Part shown: positions 12,268-25,431 of the stretch, one piece after another
Layout of the letters: the number at the start of each line of letters is the position of its first letter
Position numbering within the stretch: position 1 is the first letter of the stretch
Origin: Macrostomum hystrix
Lineage: Eukaryota; Animalia; Platyhelminthes
Reading direction: 5' to 3'
Assembly (NCBI GenBank): GCA_950097015.1
Contig: CATNEN010000038.1
Location: 1,612,001 to 1,676,000, forward strand
Length of the DNA stretch: 64,000 nucleotides
Position numbers and translations under genes: made by a program
Notes under the pieces: model-generated
Database searches by the model: none
What the model was told of the DNA's origin: nothing
The model's input: only the letters and a program-made list of their open reading frames with translations

Positions 12268-12748
12268 TGTGTAGCCTTGGGTTTGTGAAGCCTTGGATTT
12301 GTGAAGCCTTGGGTTTGTGAGGCCTTGGGTTTGTGAGGCCTTGGGTTTGTGAGGCCTTGGGTTTGTGAGGCCTTGGGTTTGTGAGGCCTGGGGTTTGTGA
12401 GGCCTTGGGTTTGTGAGGCCTTGGGTTTGTGAAGCGTTGGGTTTTTTGTAGCCTTGGGTTTGTGAGGCCTTGGGTTTGTGAAGCGTTGGGTTTTTTGTAG
12501 CCTTGGGTTTGTGAAGCCTTGGGTTTGTGAAGCCTTGGGTTTGTGAAGCCTTGGGTTTGTGAAGCCTTGGGTTTGTGAAGCCTTGGGTTTGTGAAGCCTT
12601 GGGTTTGTGAAGCCTTGGGTTTGTGAGGCCTTGGGTTTGTGAGGCCTTGGGTTTGTGAGGCCTTGGGTTTGTGAGGCCTTGGTTTTGTGAGGCCTTGGGT
12701 TTGTGAAGCCTTGGGTTTGTGAGGCCTTGGGTTTGTGAGGCCTTGGTT
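12268..12748. repeat. 16-bp minisatellite (CCTTGGGTTTGTGARG), ~30 copies
   Basis: Direct tandem periodicity; possibly in a 5'UTR intron of the FMO gene. Confidence 0.95.
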
Positions 12749-13699
12749 GGTGATTAGTGTTGACTTTACTTTATGAGTCTGAGCACTGTGAAGCGTAGGC
12801 TTTATGAAACCCAAATTTCGTGTGAAGTTTCTATTCTTGACTTCTGAAGCCAATTACCTGATAAATTTTCTGCTCTGTGAGCTGCGCATTGCTCACCTTT
12901 CGAAGCCGAAGTTGAGCTAATAATAAACAGCAGAGAATTTCTAGAGTAATTTTTCACTGAAATTAAATTTAGCTGCTAAATCGGGTTCGTTAATACTGCA
13001 TTATCTTCGCCTAATAACTTACTTTATTCTTCATCAGATGCTTCGAGCATAAGTGCCAGGTCAAGTTACCCTGTCGGGATTAACTCCTGCAAAGCCACAG
13101 AGTTAGTAGAGAAGCATGGCCAGGAAATGAAAGCTTTATTAACGCACATCACATTTCAGAGGCCTGAGCCGTGAAACTTGGTGGAGTCACACTCTGCAGT
13201 GTGCATAGCCTTGCGGACGCAGGTGAGCAACTGCTCAGATGATTCCCGAGTCTGAGCAGTCATGAATTTCTCATAGAAATATCACATAGAAAGGACCACC
13301 GGGCATTACGGCACCCATGGGACTCAAAGCTGCGCCTTAGCCCAGGCTGGCTAGCTTGAATCATGCGATCGCGCATTTTAATTAAAGACTGAAAAACACA
13401 TCTCTTCCACTCTTTGGTTCGCAAAAAGGATTTCAATTATATATAGACAAACGTCTTGTCGCAAAGACATCGTCTGCAGTTCGCTCTTCCATTAAGCAGG
13501 AAGATTTTTTGCCGAATGGAACAGATCTGTCTTAGCATTTTTTGGCCGCTGTGGATTATATTATCTGCATTTGCTTTCATTTCTACTTGCAGTAGAATAT
13601 TTCAGTGTGCTCCCTGCATTAAGACTGACATTCACTGCTGAGCTTAAAATAAATAGTGCGCCTAACTATAGTTCGGGGACCAACTGTACCCTTTTGCCC

Positions 13700-14480
13700 A
13701 CAGTAACTGAACCATTTTGCTAACTATAACTGAACCATTTTGCTAAATGTAACTGTACCATTCTGCTAAATGTAACTGTACCATTCTGCTAACTATAACT
13801 GTACCATTTTGCTAACTATAACTGTACCATTTTGTTAACTATAACTGAACCATTTTGCTAACTATGACTGTACCATTTTGCTAACTAACTGTATACCAAA
13901 TGCTAACTAACTGTACCAAATGCTAACTAACTGTACCAAATGCTAACTAACTGTACCAAATGCTAACTAACTGTACCAAATGCTAACTAACTGTACCAAA
14001 TGCTAACTAACTGTACCATTTTGCTAACTAACTGTATACCAAATGCTAACTAACTGTACCAAATGCTAACTAACTGTACCAAATGCTAACTAACTGTACC
14101 AAATGCTAACTAACTGTACCAAATGCTAACTAACTGTACCAAATGCTAACTAACTGTACCATTTTGCTAACTAACTGTATACCAAATGCTAACTAACTGT
14201 ACCAAATGCTAACTAACTGTACCAAATGCTAACTAACTGTACCAAATGCTAACTAACTGTACCAAATGCTAACTAACTGTACCAAATGCTAACTAACTGT
14301 ACCATTTTGCTAACTAACTGTATACCAAATGCTAACTAACTGTACCAAATGCTAACTAGCTGTACCAAATGCTAACTAACTGTACCAAATGCTAACTAAC
14401 TGTACCAAATGCTAACTAACTGTACCAAATGCTAACTAACTGTATACCAAATGCTAACTAACTGTACCAAATGCTAATTA
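13700..14480. repeat. ~20-bp minisatellite (TGCTAACTAACTGTACCAAA and slightly longer variants)
   Basis: Direct tandem periodicity with higher-order blocks. Confidence 0.95.
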
Positions 14481-14735
14481 CTAGTAACAAAGCAATCTTG
14501 CGAGCTAAGAAAAGCTTTCAATGAAGCAACCAATTCGAGAGATTATGAATAATTTTTTTCGTAATATGATTGTTTATAAACATATGAAATATCACAGCTA
14601 CCAAATAAAACTGTCAAAGCCGTCCTTCATTGAAAAATGGCAAACAATAAAATGTTAGTTCATGTACGAGCTAGAATGTACAGAATAAACCCAGAGTAAT
14701 AATGTCGAGCTACTAAACAGATCCAAAAAGACAGT

Positions 14736-15041
14736 GAGGTTGTAGCCTAGTGGTTAGGGCGTCGGACTCACGACTTGAAGGTCGGGTGTTCGATTCCCGA
14801 TTCCACTGGAACAATTTGTGTCCTTTAGCAAGACACTTACCACTGCATTGCTTCAGTTCACCCAGCTGTTAAATGGGTACCAGCATCAGCTGGGATAATT
14901 GAAGGTGGGTGTGGCGTCCCTCCAGTCCATGGACTGAACAGCTGTACGCAGCCTTCAGATGCGCCGCGCATTGGCTGCGTCTGTGCTGTCGGCTGCACAT
15001 CTGACCCAATTGGGGCAGGTGTAATCAAAATAAATAAATAT
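14736..15041 (+). mobile_element. tRNA-derived CORE-SINE (family A), near full length
   Basis: A-box TAGCCTAGTGG and B-box GTTCGATTCC. Central gtgtcctttagcaagacacttacc...cttcagttcacccagctgttaaatgggtacc resembles the MIR/CORE domain. Ends in an (AAAT)n tail. Confidence 0.85.
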
Positions 15042-15558
15042 ATATTGAATCCTCCGAATGATCATTTTGTAACACATTAAAACAGGGACATTTGACTAAG
15101 CAGGGTGCCTAAGCAGGGTGCTGGAATATTAGACACTCCACTTTATGAATTCCATTGATTTCTACCGAGTTAAGAACAAGGAGAAAAGTATCAGCATACG
15201 TTGAATCAACAAACAGCTAAATTGCCAAAAATATGTCACCAGTTTAAGGGCTTGAATCGAGCACATCTAACGATTCTAGCCTTGATGCTGCAGTCAAAAA
15301 ATAAAATCGTAGTTCGGACCAAGATCGAGGCATTTTCCAGATGAAGCCTGATTTATTTCAAGGGTATTGAATGCCCAAACTCTGAGAGTCTAGATTAGAA
15401 TGCAAGCGGGGAGGGTAGGGGAGCGACTGCGCTTGGATTGGCTGGCGTGAGCAGACTGGGGTTCTCGCTGCTTACCCCGTCCGAATACAGACTCATTTAG
15501 CATCGGAGGCCACAGTCAGGAAACACTGCGAAACAGACAGGCGAAGCAGGGCTCGAAA

Positions 15559-16785
15559 ATGTTCCAGTTAGTGCTGCTTCCAGCTGGCTTCAATGCCAGC
15601 AACAGCACCAACTCCTCGGTCTGCGACAACTCCTTCGGCAGCGCCGATCCGCCTGGTCCGAACGTGCTGATATTTAAGGCGATCTTCGTAGCGCTAGGCG
15701 TGGTGAACCTCGCCTTGAACAGCCTGTCCGCTATTATCTTTCTTTGCCACAGGCGTCAAAAGGGGCGTCTAATCCGGCTTCTGCTGCTGATGCTGTCTAC
15801 CACGGAGGTGCTTGCCAACTTCGCAATGTCCAGCGTAGAGGCCAGCCGAATCGTGCTGGAGATTCGACGCGATTCAATTGTCTACGCGTCGGAAACAGTG
15901 GCTCGCCGGCTGGTACAATATCTGGCCGTGACCTGGGCCCTGGCTAATGCGGCACTGCTAGCCCGCAACTGGTGCATTGTGCTGATCGCAATCAGCCGTT
16001 GCGAAGCCGTGATTAGACCGTTCTCTCGACATACTGGTCGGCGCTGCAGTTCGCGAGCCGTCATCATCGCTTTCGCTGTCATCGCCTTGGCTGCTGGTTT
16101 TCTTAGCGCTCCGAAAGCATTCCAGGAACTGTACTACCTGTGCCCCGGCGAGCTGCGCATCGTTGGCAAGGATATCTTGATGCCGTTTGCGCACTACGGC
16201 GAGTTTTACTTGGTCACCGTGTTCTGCCAGGCCGTGCTGCCAGTGTTGATCGTCGGTGTTGCGTCTGTCGCAATGACGCTGGGCCTGCGGGCGCATCGCA
16301 GGCAAGTTGGTCAGGCGGCCGGTCGGGCGCACTACAAGGCCACTCGCATGATCCAGCTGCTGCTCGTGGTGTTCGTGTGCCTGGAGATGCCGATGTTCGT
16401 CACGGTGCTGGTTGGCATCAGAGTTCAGGACGGACCTGCTTGGGACACGTTCATGTTCTACGCTGTTGAAGTGTCCAACCTGTGCATCAATCTGGACTCC
16501 ACTTGCAACTTTGCCGTCTACATGAAAACCAACTGGGCCTTCCGCTCGGCTGTGCTGCGTCGATCTTTCCGGCTCAGGCGGGCGCCAAGGAACATTGCGG
16601 GACTGCGAGGCTCCTCCTACGTGGCATACCGGTCCACGGTCACGGCCGGTGCTAACAGGGCCAGCAGCTGCAACAACGCCAACAACGACAACAACAACAT
16701 GTCGCTGATCGTCGCTGAACAGCTCAGACGACAGCGACGAAGGCGGCTGATCAGAGCCAGCCATCAATTCGGCGTTGCCAGCTGA
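15559..16785 (+). CDS. Intronless rhodopsin-like (class A, peptide-receptor-like) GPCR, 408 aa
   Basis: Seven hydrophobic helices, N-terminal N-glycosylation sites, TM3 RNWCIVLIAISRCEAV (DRY equivalent SRC), TM6 CLEMP, TM7 NLDSTCNFAVY. Confidence 0.92.
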   Translation: MFQLVLLPAGFNASNSTNSSVCDNSFGSADPPGPNVLIFKAIFVALGVVNLALNSLSAIIFLCHRRQKGRLIRLLLLMLSTTEVLANFAMSSVEASRIVLEIRRDSIVYASETVARRLVQYLAVTWALANAALLARNWCIVLIAISRCEAVIRPFSRHTGRRCSSRAVIIAFAVIALAAGFLSAPKAFQELYYLCPGELRIVGKDILMPFAHYGEFYLVTVFCQAVLPVLIVGVASVAMTLGLRAHRRQVGQAAGRAHYKATRMIQLLLVVFVCLEMPMFVTVLVGIRVQDGPAWDTFMFYAVEVSNLCINLDSTCNFAVYMKTNWAFRSAVLRRSFRLRRAPRNIAGLRGSSYVAYRSTVTAGANRASSCNNANNDNNNMSLIVAEQLRRQRRRRLIRASHQFGVAS

Positions 16786-17429
16786 GCTGGGGACATTGCC
16801 TCGAGCTTGGAACTGAAATGAATTCGAAAGTCAGTTTTGAAAATTAAAAAATTTAAAAAATCTAAAGAGCTTTATCACCGGTCCCTCCAAGAATCATCAC
16901 TATTAAGTTTTTTCTCGCTGTATGAATAGTTTGACCGCAAAATAAAGTGTTTTCTGTATTGTAAATCGTTGCACAACCTTACCAACTACTATATTCATAC
17001 TTGTAGAGCTTAGTTGTACCTATACTAAAATTTATTCAGTGTTCTTTTTCGAAAAAATGTCCTTCAAATATAAATTGAGCAGTCGTTCAAACGCCTCGGA
17101 ATGCTGCCTGATCAAAGAGCTTTGTGTTTTTCATCAATTGATTTTCTATTTTTAAAGTTTGAGTAAGCTCCAGTAGCTTGCTCAAATGGAAAATAGTAAT
17201 TAAGAAAAATGCTTCAAAAGCGTTGGAGCAAAGCGATCGCATATTCATTTAATCCCACTTAGAAAATTAGCAAGGAGTTTGAGCTCTTGAAGCTTTTTTC
17301 TAAATTGCTAAATGTCTGGTAGGATATTGCCTTTCCTTCTTTGGTGCCGTGGAAAGATTCATTGCCTGTACAAATATAATATGAACAAAATTACAGCTTA
17401 TTTCTAAAATGTTACAGGTCACAAGTGCT

Positions 17430-17795
17430 TGGGCAAGTGGGGTGACCGGCAGTGTGGTTTACGCATGTGCCTCTCCCACCAAACTCCCTACTCCCTATTC
17501 CGCGGCGAGGCATATATTTTGGGCGCAGGTCCGCGGAGAGATGGCTTGGGGGCTTGTCGCGCCGCCGCCAACCGCCAAGGCAAAGTGACAGTGTACACTG
17601 TCTGACGATGAGAAAGTCAGGGCAGATGTACACACCTGCGTGAGCGTGTGCCTGCGTACCGTATCTGTGTGCGTGTGTGCTTAGGAGTCAGCGAAATGGG
17701 CAGAATTGCCTACTCGCTGGCTGAGGGTCGAGTGTCACTAAATGATGTGATATTGACTGTCGCACTCCTGCAATTACTATTATTATATTATTCTT
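17430..17795 (+). mobile_element. tRNA-derived SINE (family B)
   Basis: Colinear with the reverse complement of 47040-47415 (ccgcggagag...ctgacgatgagaaagtcagggcagatgtacac...gagtcagcgaaatgggcagaattg); (TTA)n-like tail. Confidence 0.8.
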
Positions 17796-18194
17796 ATGAT
17801 CAAGATGCGTCGTCCTTGGGACGTCCTTGGACTTCAGATCCCACAAGCACATTGTCACTGCCCAAATAATGAGGGGCTTGAAAGACGGCCTTGTCTATGT
17901 GCTGTTCTCATTGTCAGAAGACAAATTTCTACTTTACAGCCGCTTTCGTTGGGTGTCAGTTTTCTGTCTGGATCAGCTATGAGTTGCGTCAAGCTGAAGC
18001 AGAAAATGTCTGTCCGATCCAGGTTTCTGTGCAATTATAGCCAGGTCCCGCTAGATACTCAAGAGAACGCAATGAGCTCTGAAACTAGCGTCGTGTGATG
18101 CGACACTGACCAATTAATTTCTAGTCACTGAGGGGTCGCAAACTCTAATTTTCTCGAGCTCGAAAAGTCGCAACTTGCGAACTGGAAACTCGAC

Positions 18195-20775
18195 ATTCAC
18201 AATGAGACACAAAGACAATAATTACAGACGGTACAAACTCACAGTGAGACACAAAGCCAATAATTACAGCAGATGCAAACTCACAATGAGACACAAAGAC
18301 AATAATTACAGACGGTACAAACTCACAATGAGACACAAATACAATAATTACTGGCTGTGCAAACTCACAATGAGACACAAAGCCAATAATTACAGCCGGT
18401 GTAAACTCACAATGAGACACAAAGACAATAATTACAGCCGGTGCAAACTCACAATGAGACACAAAGCCAATAATTACAGCAGATGCAAACTCACAATGAG
18501 ACACAAAGACAATAATTACAGACGGTACAAACTCACAGTGAGACACAAAGCCAATAATTACAGCAGATGCAAACTCACAATGAGACACAAAGACAATAAT
18601 TACAGACGGTACAAACTCACCATGAGACACAAATACAATAATTACTGGCTGTGCAAACTCACAATGAGACACAAAGCCAATAATTACAGCCGGTGTAAAC
18701 TCACAATGAGACACAAAGACAATAATTACAGCCGGTGCAAACTCACAATGAGACACAAAGCCAATAATTACAGCCGATGCAAACTCACAATGAGAAACAA
18801 AGCCAATAATAACAGCCGGTGCAAACTCACAATGAGACACAAAGCCAATAATTACAGCCGGTGCAAACTCACAATGAGACACAAAGACAATAATTACAGC
18901 CGGTGCAAACTCACAATGAGACACAAAGCCAATAATTACAGCCGATGCAAACTCACAATGAGAAACAAAGCCAATAATAACAGCCGGTGCAAACTCACAA
19001 TGAGACACAAAGCCAATAATTACAGCCGGTGCAAACTCACAATGAGACAGAAAGCCAATAATTACAGCCGGTACAAACTCACAGTGAGACACAAAGCCAA
19101 TAATTACAGCAGATGCAAACTCACAATGAGACACAAAGATAATAATTACAGCAGATGCAAACTCACAATGAGACACAAAGCCAATAATTACAGACGGTAC
19201 AAACTCACCATGAGACACAAATACAATAATTACTGGCTGTGCAAACTCACAATGAGACACAAAGCCAATAATTACAGCCGGTGCAAACTCACAATGAGAC
19301 ACAAAGACAATAATTACAGCCGGTGCAAACTCACAATGAGACACAAAGCCAATAATTACAGCCGATGCAAACTCACAATGAGAAACAAAGCCAATAATAA
19401 CAGCCGGTGCAAACTCACAATGAGACACAAAGCCAATAATTACAGCCGGTGCAAACTCACAATGAGACAGAAAGCCAATAATTACAGCCGGTACAAACTC
19501 ACAGTGAGACACAAAGCCAATAATTACAGACGGTACAAACTCACAGTGAGACACAAAGCCAATAATTACAGCAGATGCAAACCCACAATGAGACACAAAG
19601 ACAATAATTACAGACGGTACAAACTCACCATGAGACACAAATACAATAATTACTGGCTGTGCAAACTCACAATGAGACACAAAGCCAATAATTACAGCCG
19701 GTGTAAACTCACAATGAGACACAAAGACAATAATTACAGCCGGTGCAAACTCACAATGAGACACAAAGCCAATAATTACAGCCGATGCAAACTCACAATG
19801 AGAAACAAAGCCAATAATAACAGCCGGTGCAAACTCACAATGAGACACAAAGCCAATAATTACAGCCGGTGCAAACTCACAATGAGACACAAAGACAATA
19901 ATTACAGCCGGTGCAAACTCACAATGAGACACAAAGCCAATAATTACAGCCGATGCAAACTCACAATGAGAAACAAAGCCAATAATAACAGCCGGTGCAA
20001 ACTCACAATGAGACACAAAGCCAATAATTACAGCCGGTGCAAACTCACAATGAGACAGAAAGCCAATAATTACAGCCGGTACAAACTCACAGTGAGACAC
20101 AAAGCCAATAATTACAGCAGATGCAAACTCACAATGAGACACAAAGATAATAATTACAGCAGATGCAAACTCACAATGAGACACAAAGCCAATAATTACA
20201 GCCGGTGTAAACTCACAATGAGACACAAAGACAATAATTACAGCCGATGCAAACTCACAATGAGAAACAAAGCCAATAATAACAGCCGGTGCAAACTCAC
20301 AATGAGACACAAAGACAATAATTACAGCCGGTGCAAACTCACAATGAGACAGAAAGCCAATAATTACAGCCGGTGCAAACTCACAATGAGACACAAAGAC
20401 AATAATTACAGCCGGTGCAAACTCACAATGAGACACAAAGCCAATAATTACAGCCGGTGCAAACTCACAATGAGACACAAAGCCAATAATTACAGCCGGT
20501 GCAAACTCGCAATGAGACAGAAAGCCAATAATTACAGCCGGTGCAAACTCACAATGAGACACAAAGACAATAATTACAGCCGGTGCAAACTCACAATGAG
20601 ACACAAAGCCAATAATTACAGCCGGTGCAAACTCACAATGAGACACAAAGACAATAATTACAGACGGTACAAACTCACAATGAGACACAAAGACAATAAT
20701 TACAGCCGGTGCAAACTCACAATGAGACACAAAGCCAATAATTACAGCCGGTGCAAACTCACAATGAGACACAAA
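18195..20775. repeat. 42-bp minisatellite (ACAATGAGACACAAAGMCAATAATTACAGCCGGTGCAAACTC), ~61 copies, higher-order structure
   Basis: Strict 42-nt period without indels; generates the 870-aa (+) and 900-aa (-) repeat ORFs. Confidence 0.97.
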
Positions 20776-22190
20776 AGCAATACATAAATAATAAGAATTG
20801 CAATAGCCTCTTCTAAAACACAAGAGATCGGCCTTAGTCGTTAGCATGCAAGACTATTTTCGCTTTATTCTCGGCACGCCCCAGCGGACAGTTAATTTAT
20901 AGCTAAGACAAGCCTGTATTATTCATAATGACTCAAAACGGGAGTAACTAGTTTTCCATTTGCGCACCCAATTTGCAACAAGAAAGGCGGCTCATTATCG
21001 GCTTTGAGAACGAGATAGGAGACAAGAGGTAGAGAGCTGGTCTGTGAAACCTGCCAGGCTGGAAATAAGGCTTCAAGAATGCAGAAAATTATTTTCTAGC
21101 AAACAAAGTGCAGAGCAAAAAAGATATCTGCTGCACTGAAGAAACTGCTTATCAGCGTGGCATTGTTGGAAGCCAAGATGAGTAAAACTGACTGAACATG
21201 TTATCGCTTGCAAAAGAAATTAATTAGTTTAGTGATTTCGAATGCTGCGATATTATTATAAATAAATAAAGACATAAGTGTGTGATTGAGGCTATTAGAA
21301 TTACAGCCTGTATGATGTCATTATCTCACTGTACATTAGATTCTGAGAGATTACAGCATCCAAATTTCTTCATTCTTGAAATCTTTGGATTCTGTGAAAT
21401 TCATTCGCTCTTCACGAAAAGTACACTTACCTGCATGGATATATCTGACAGGATAGCCGAGTTATAGTTAGTGATTTAAACTCAGCATAAATTTATTCTG
21501 TCTCAATTGATACTTGGTATTGGACACCAGCATATGCAGTGATTGAAGCGACTCCGATGGATTATACAAGTACTCGTATGATACTATCATCTTCCATTCT
21601 CCTCTAATCCGCTATCAGGCTTAACTTGCTCTTGCATGAATGGTTAATAACAGCATTCTCACCTGCTAATGAGATGCGAAATCAAAACCAATATCCGATT
21701 GTTACATTACACAGATCCCCAAGCCCCACGCATTCTTGACATTAGTCCAGTCTAGGGAATTGTCTTCAGCAGGTCTTCAGTGTTTCGACGTTTCAAATGC
21801 AGAGAAACTTGTCCGTTTAGACTATTTTGGCTAAACTAATCACAGTCTGAATTTGAGATCGAGAAAGGAAGTTTCGTCATCTAAAAAGTCCATATTTGGA
21901 TACTGAAAAAGGGTTAGAGACACGACCGTCCATCAGGCATCAAAGCGTCAGACGCGAATCTACACAAGTGCAGCGAGCAAAGTCTCGAAAAAAGTTTTTT
22001 GGTAATTAAGTTTCAAAAATGATAGCCACTTCACCTTAATAATATACCTTAATTCAAAAAAAGACATGGGTTCGGCCAGGTATAATAATGGAGAAGCGAA
22101 AATTAGAATGAGCTAAAGTCATAATTGTGAACATTGCTGCCAGTGTCTTAGGCACATGCACCTGCTTTGCGATGAAGCTAAAGCAAATTG

Positions 22191-23250
22191 AAGTTGGTTA
22201 GTTAGTTGGTTAGTTAGTTGGTTAGTTAGTTGGTTAGTTAGTTGGTTAGTTAGTTAGTTGGTTAGTTAGTTGGTTAGTTAGTTGGTCAGTTAGTTAATTA
22301 GTTAGTTAGTTGGTTAGTTAGTTAGTTGGTTAGTTAGTTGGTTAGTTAGTTAGTTGGTTAGTTAGTTGGTTAGTTAGTTAGTTGGTTAGTTAGTTGGTTA
22401 GTTAGTTGGTCAGTTAGTTAATTAGTTAGTTAGTTGGTTAGTTAGTTGGTTAGTTAGTTGGTCAGTTAGTTAATTAGTTAGTTAGTTGGTTAGTTAGTTA
22501 GTTGGTTAGTTAGTTGGTTAGTTAGTTAGTTGGTTAGTTAGTTGGTTAGTTAGTTGGTCAGTTAGTTAATTAGTTAGTTAGTTGGTTAGTTAGTTAGTTG
22601 GTTAGTTAGTTGGTTAGTTAGTTAGTTGGTTAGTTAGTTGGTTAGTTAGTTGGTTAGTTAGTTAGTTGGTTAGTTTGGTTAGTTAGTTAATTAGTTAGTT
22701 AGTTAGTTGGTTAGTTAGTTGGTTAGTTAGTTAGTTGGTTAGTTAGTTGGTTAGTTAGTTGGTCAGTTAGTTAATTAGTTAGTTAGTTGGTTAGTTAGTT
22801 GGTTAGTTAGTTGGTCAGTTAGTTAATTAGTTAGTTAGTTGGTTAGTTAGTTAGTTGGTTAGTTAGTTGGTTAGTTAGTTAGTTGGTTAGTTAGTTGGTT
22901 AGTTAGTTGGTCAGTTAGTTAATTAGTTAGTTAGTTGGTTAGTTAGTTAGTTGGTTAGTTAGTTGGTTAGTTAGTTGGTTAGTTAGTTGGTTAGTTAGTT
23001 AGTTGGTTAGTTAGTTAGTTGGTTAGTTAGTTGGTTAGTTAGTTAGTTGGTTAGTTAGTTAGTTGGTTAGTTTGGTTAGTTAGTTAATTAGTTAGTTAGT
23101 TAGTTGGTTAGTTAGTTGGTTAGTTAGTTAGTTGGTTAGTTAGTTGGTTAGTTAGTTGGTCAGTTAGTTAATTAGTTAGTTAGTTAGTTGGTTAGTTAGT
23201 TGGTTAGTTAGTTGGTCAGTTAGTTAGTTAGTTAGTTAGTTGGTTAGTTG

Positions 23251-23281
<31 letters not shown>

Positions 23282-23282
23282 G

Positions 23283-23313
<31 letters not shown>

Positions 23314-23373
23314 GGTTAGTTAGTTAGTTAGTTGGTTAGTTAGTTAGTTTGTTAGTTGGTTAGTTAGTTGGTA

Positions 23374-23413
<40 letters not shown>

Positions 23414-23555
23414 GGTTAGTTAGTTAGTTAGTTAGTTGGTTAGTTGGTTAGTTAGTTAGTTAGTTATTTAGTTAGTTGGTTAGTTAGTTAGTTAGTTGGT
23501 TGGTTAGTTAGTTAGTTAGTTAGTTAGTTGGTTAGTTAGTTAGTTAGTTAGGTAA

Positions 23556-23588
<33 letters not shown>

Positions 23589-23589
23589 T
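22191..23589. repeat. (GTTA/GTTG)n tetranucleotide satellite, ~1.4 kb
   Basis: Directly visible. Confidence 0.98.
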
Positions 23590-23592
23590 ATT

Positions 23593-23712
23593 TCGCTATC
23601 TAAAGCCCTTCATCGCTATCTAAAGCCCTTCATCGCTATCTAAAGCCCTTCATCGCTATCTAAAGCCCTTCATCGCTATCTAAAGCCCTTCATCGCTATC
23701 TAAAGCTCTTCA
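23593..23712. repeat. 20-bp tandem repeat (CGCTATCTAAAGCCCTTCAT), ~6 copies
   Basis: Directly visible. Confidence 0.95.
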
Positions 23713-24427
23713 AGCCCGAAGGCGGTTTGTGAATTTGAAAAACTCTGTAGACCAAAGGGAAGTGAATTGAGACGGGCACAATGGGAGGTGGTGTCAGCCA
23801 CCACACCCTGGGGGACTCGCTTCATGTCGCGCACTAAGGGCTGCATTGAGGAGAATTGAATAGATTTAAACAAAGAACGGTTGAGGCCGAGGTGCTCGGT
23901 TTCAATGCAACAAGAAACCCGCTCATCCAGCCATTGTGTATGCAGAATAGATTCCTCATCACTTCACTCGCTGATTCTGTCGCCTTAGAGACTGCTGGTT
24001 TGGTTTGAAATCCGCAGATAAAGCGGAGAGTTTATTTTAAGACTGGTCCCAGAATCAAATAAGTATCTGAAAGCAAATCAAACGCCTACTGTGGCTCATT
24101 CAATGCAACTACCTATGAGTTGTGATTAAATGATTTTCTATTTCTTAAATCTCCATTGTGTTGGTTGTCATTTAATTGAAAATGCGTTCCACGCAGGATG
24201 TCAGGAAATGAAAAACATGGTCACGAAAATATTCGCAATCAATTACATTAAGGATGCTGTCAGTTCTGCTCCCTAAGATTAGCCTAGGGATCTATCAGAA
24301 TTCAATTAGAGCACACTTATCATGAGTCACTTATATTTATTGCAATAGCGTTTTGCTAATTATGGCTCTCGCAAACTAATCTTAAAAAATTGAACAAACA
24401 CAATTGTGACAAAAGTCACGCAGCACG

Positions 24428-24712
24428 AAGCTGCTGGTGATGCGTCTAAGAGCTGCTGGTGATGCGTCTAAGAACTGCTGGTGATGCGTCTAAGAGCTGC
24501 TGGTGATGCGTCTAAGAGCTGCTGGTGATGCGTCTAAGAGCTGCTGGTCATGCGTCTAAGAGCTGCTGGTCATGCGTCTAAGAGCTGCTGGTGATGCGTC
24601 TAAGAGCTGCTGGTGATGTATCTAAGAGCTGCTGGTGATGCGTCTAAGAGCTGCTGGTGATGCGTCTAAGAGCTGCTGGTGGTGCGTCTAAGAACTGCTG
24701 GTGATGTATCTA
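24428..24712. repeat. 22-bp minisatellite (GCTGCTGGTGATGCGTCTAAGA), ~13 copies
   Basis: Directly visible. Confidence 0.95.
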
Positions 24713-25431
24713 GCTCGGATACAATACGCTCGTAAATGAACTCGTCTAGTAGCATCGTCTAAACTTATTTTGCAAACTTGTTATGTAAAATGTGCTATAG
24801 TACTCTTCAAAATAGCGAAAAGATACTCATTAACCTGCTCAAAAAAATGCTCATAAAAGTATATATTGAAGTGCATGCAAAAATACTCGTTAAAGTGCTT
24901 ATCGCAGTTCTCATTCAAGAGTACCCTGAATAAAGCCCAAGAATTACTATTTTAAGTCTAAATGTCGTCGTCGAAAATTTGCTCACGAATCGCTATCTCT
25001 TCCCTAGCAACTCTTTTGTTGTCTGGAGTTCAATTAGTTTTCTACGAGCTTTGAAGAAGACGATGGCATCATAATTAATCCCCCTAAATCTCAAAAATAG
25101 GGTCTTTTTAACAATAGGAAAACTCATAAGGAGAGTTTTCTGCTAGAGCCATTGGCTAACAAAAGATAATATTGCAGGAAGCGACACTTTCAAAAATGCT
25201 CACATTTTCCTTTGTTACATTTTTAATCTGCGTTCAAAATCAAGCACTCTCATAGCTCTCAAATGAGACTACAAACGCATGGAGAACAATCAAGCAAAGA
25301 GCAGAGTATTCTTTTCAAAATACTTCACTGTTAATAGCCCCAGCTTAAGCTAAAATTGAGGGGGTTAAGATAGGCGTCTTGATGCTTCTGAAGAGAATAT
25401 CCGCTTGTAGTTTGGAGTACAGAGCATAGAG

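Noticed and set aside
6679-12853. Long repetitive ORFs (6679-7344, 6738-7232, 8930-9734, 10288-10863, 12230-12853)
   Set aside because: Translations of intronic or flanking minisatellites, open in several frames and strands.
14736-14810. tRNA gene
   Set aside because: A/B boxes are present but there is no proper acceptor stem; it continues into a SINE body.
17600-17700. CTGACGA...GAAA as a hammerhead ribozyme core in SINE B
   Set aside because: CTGAC pairs locally with GTCAG, and I could not build stems I-III around a cleavage triplet.
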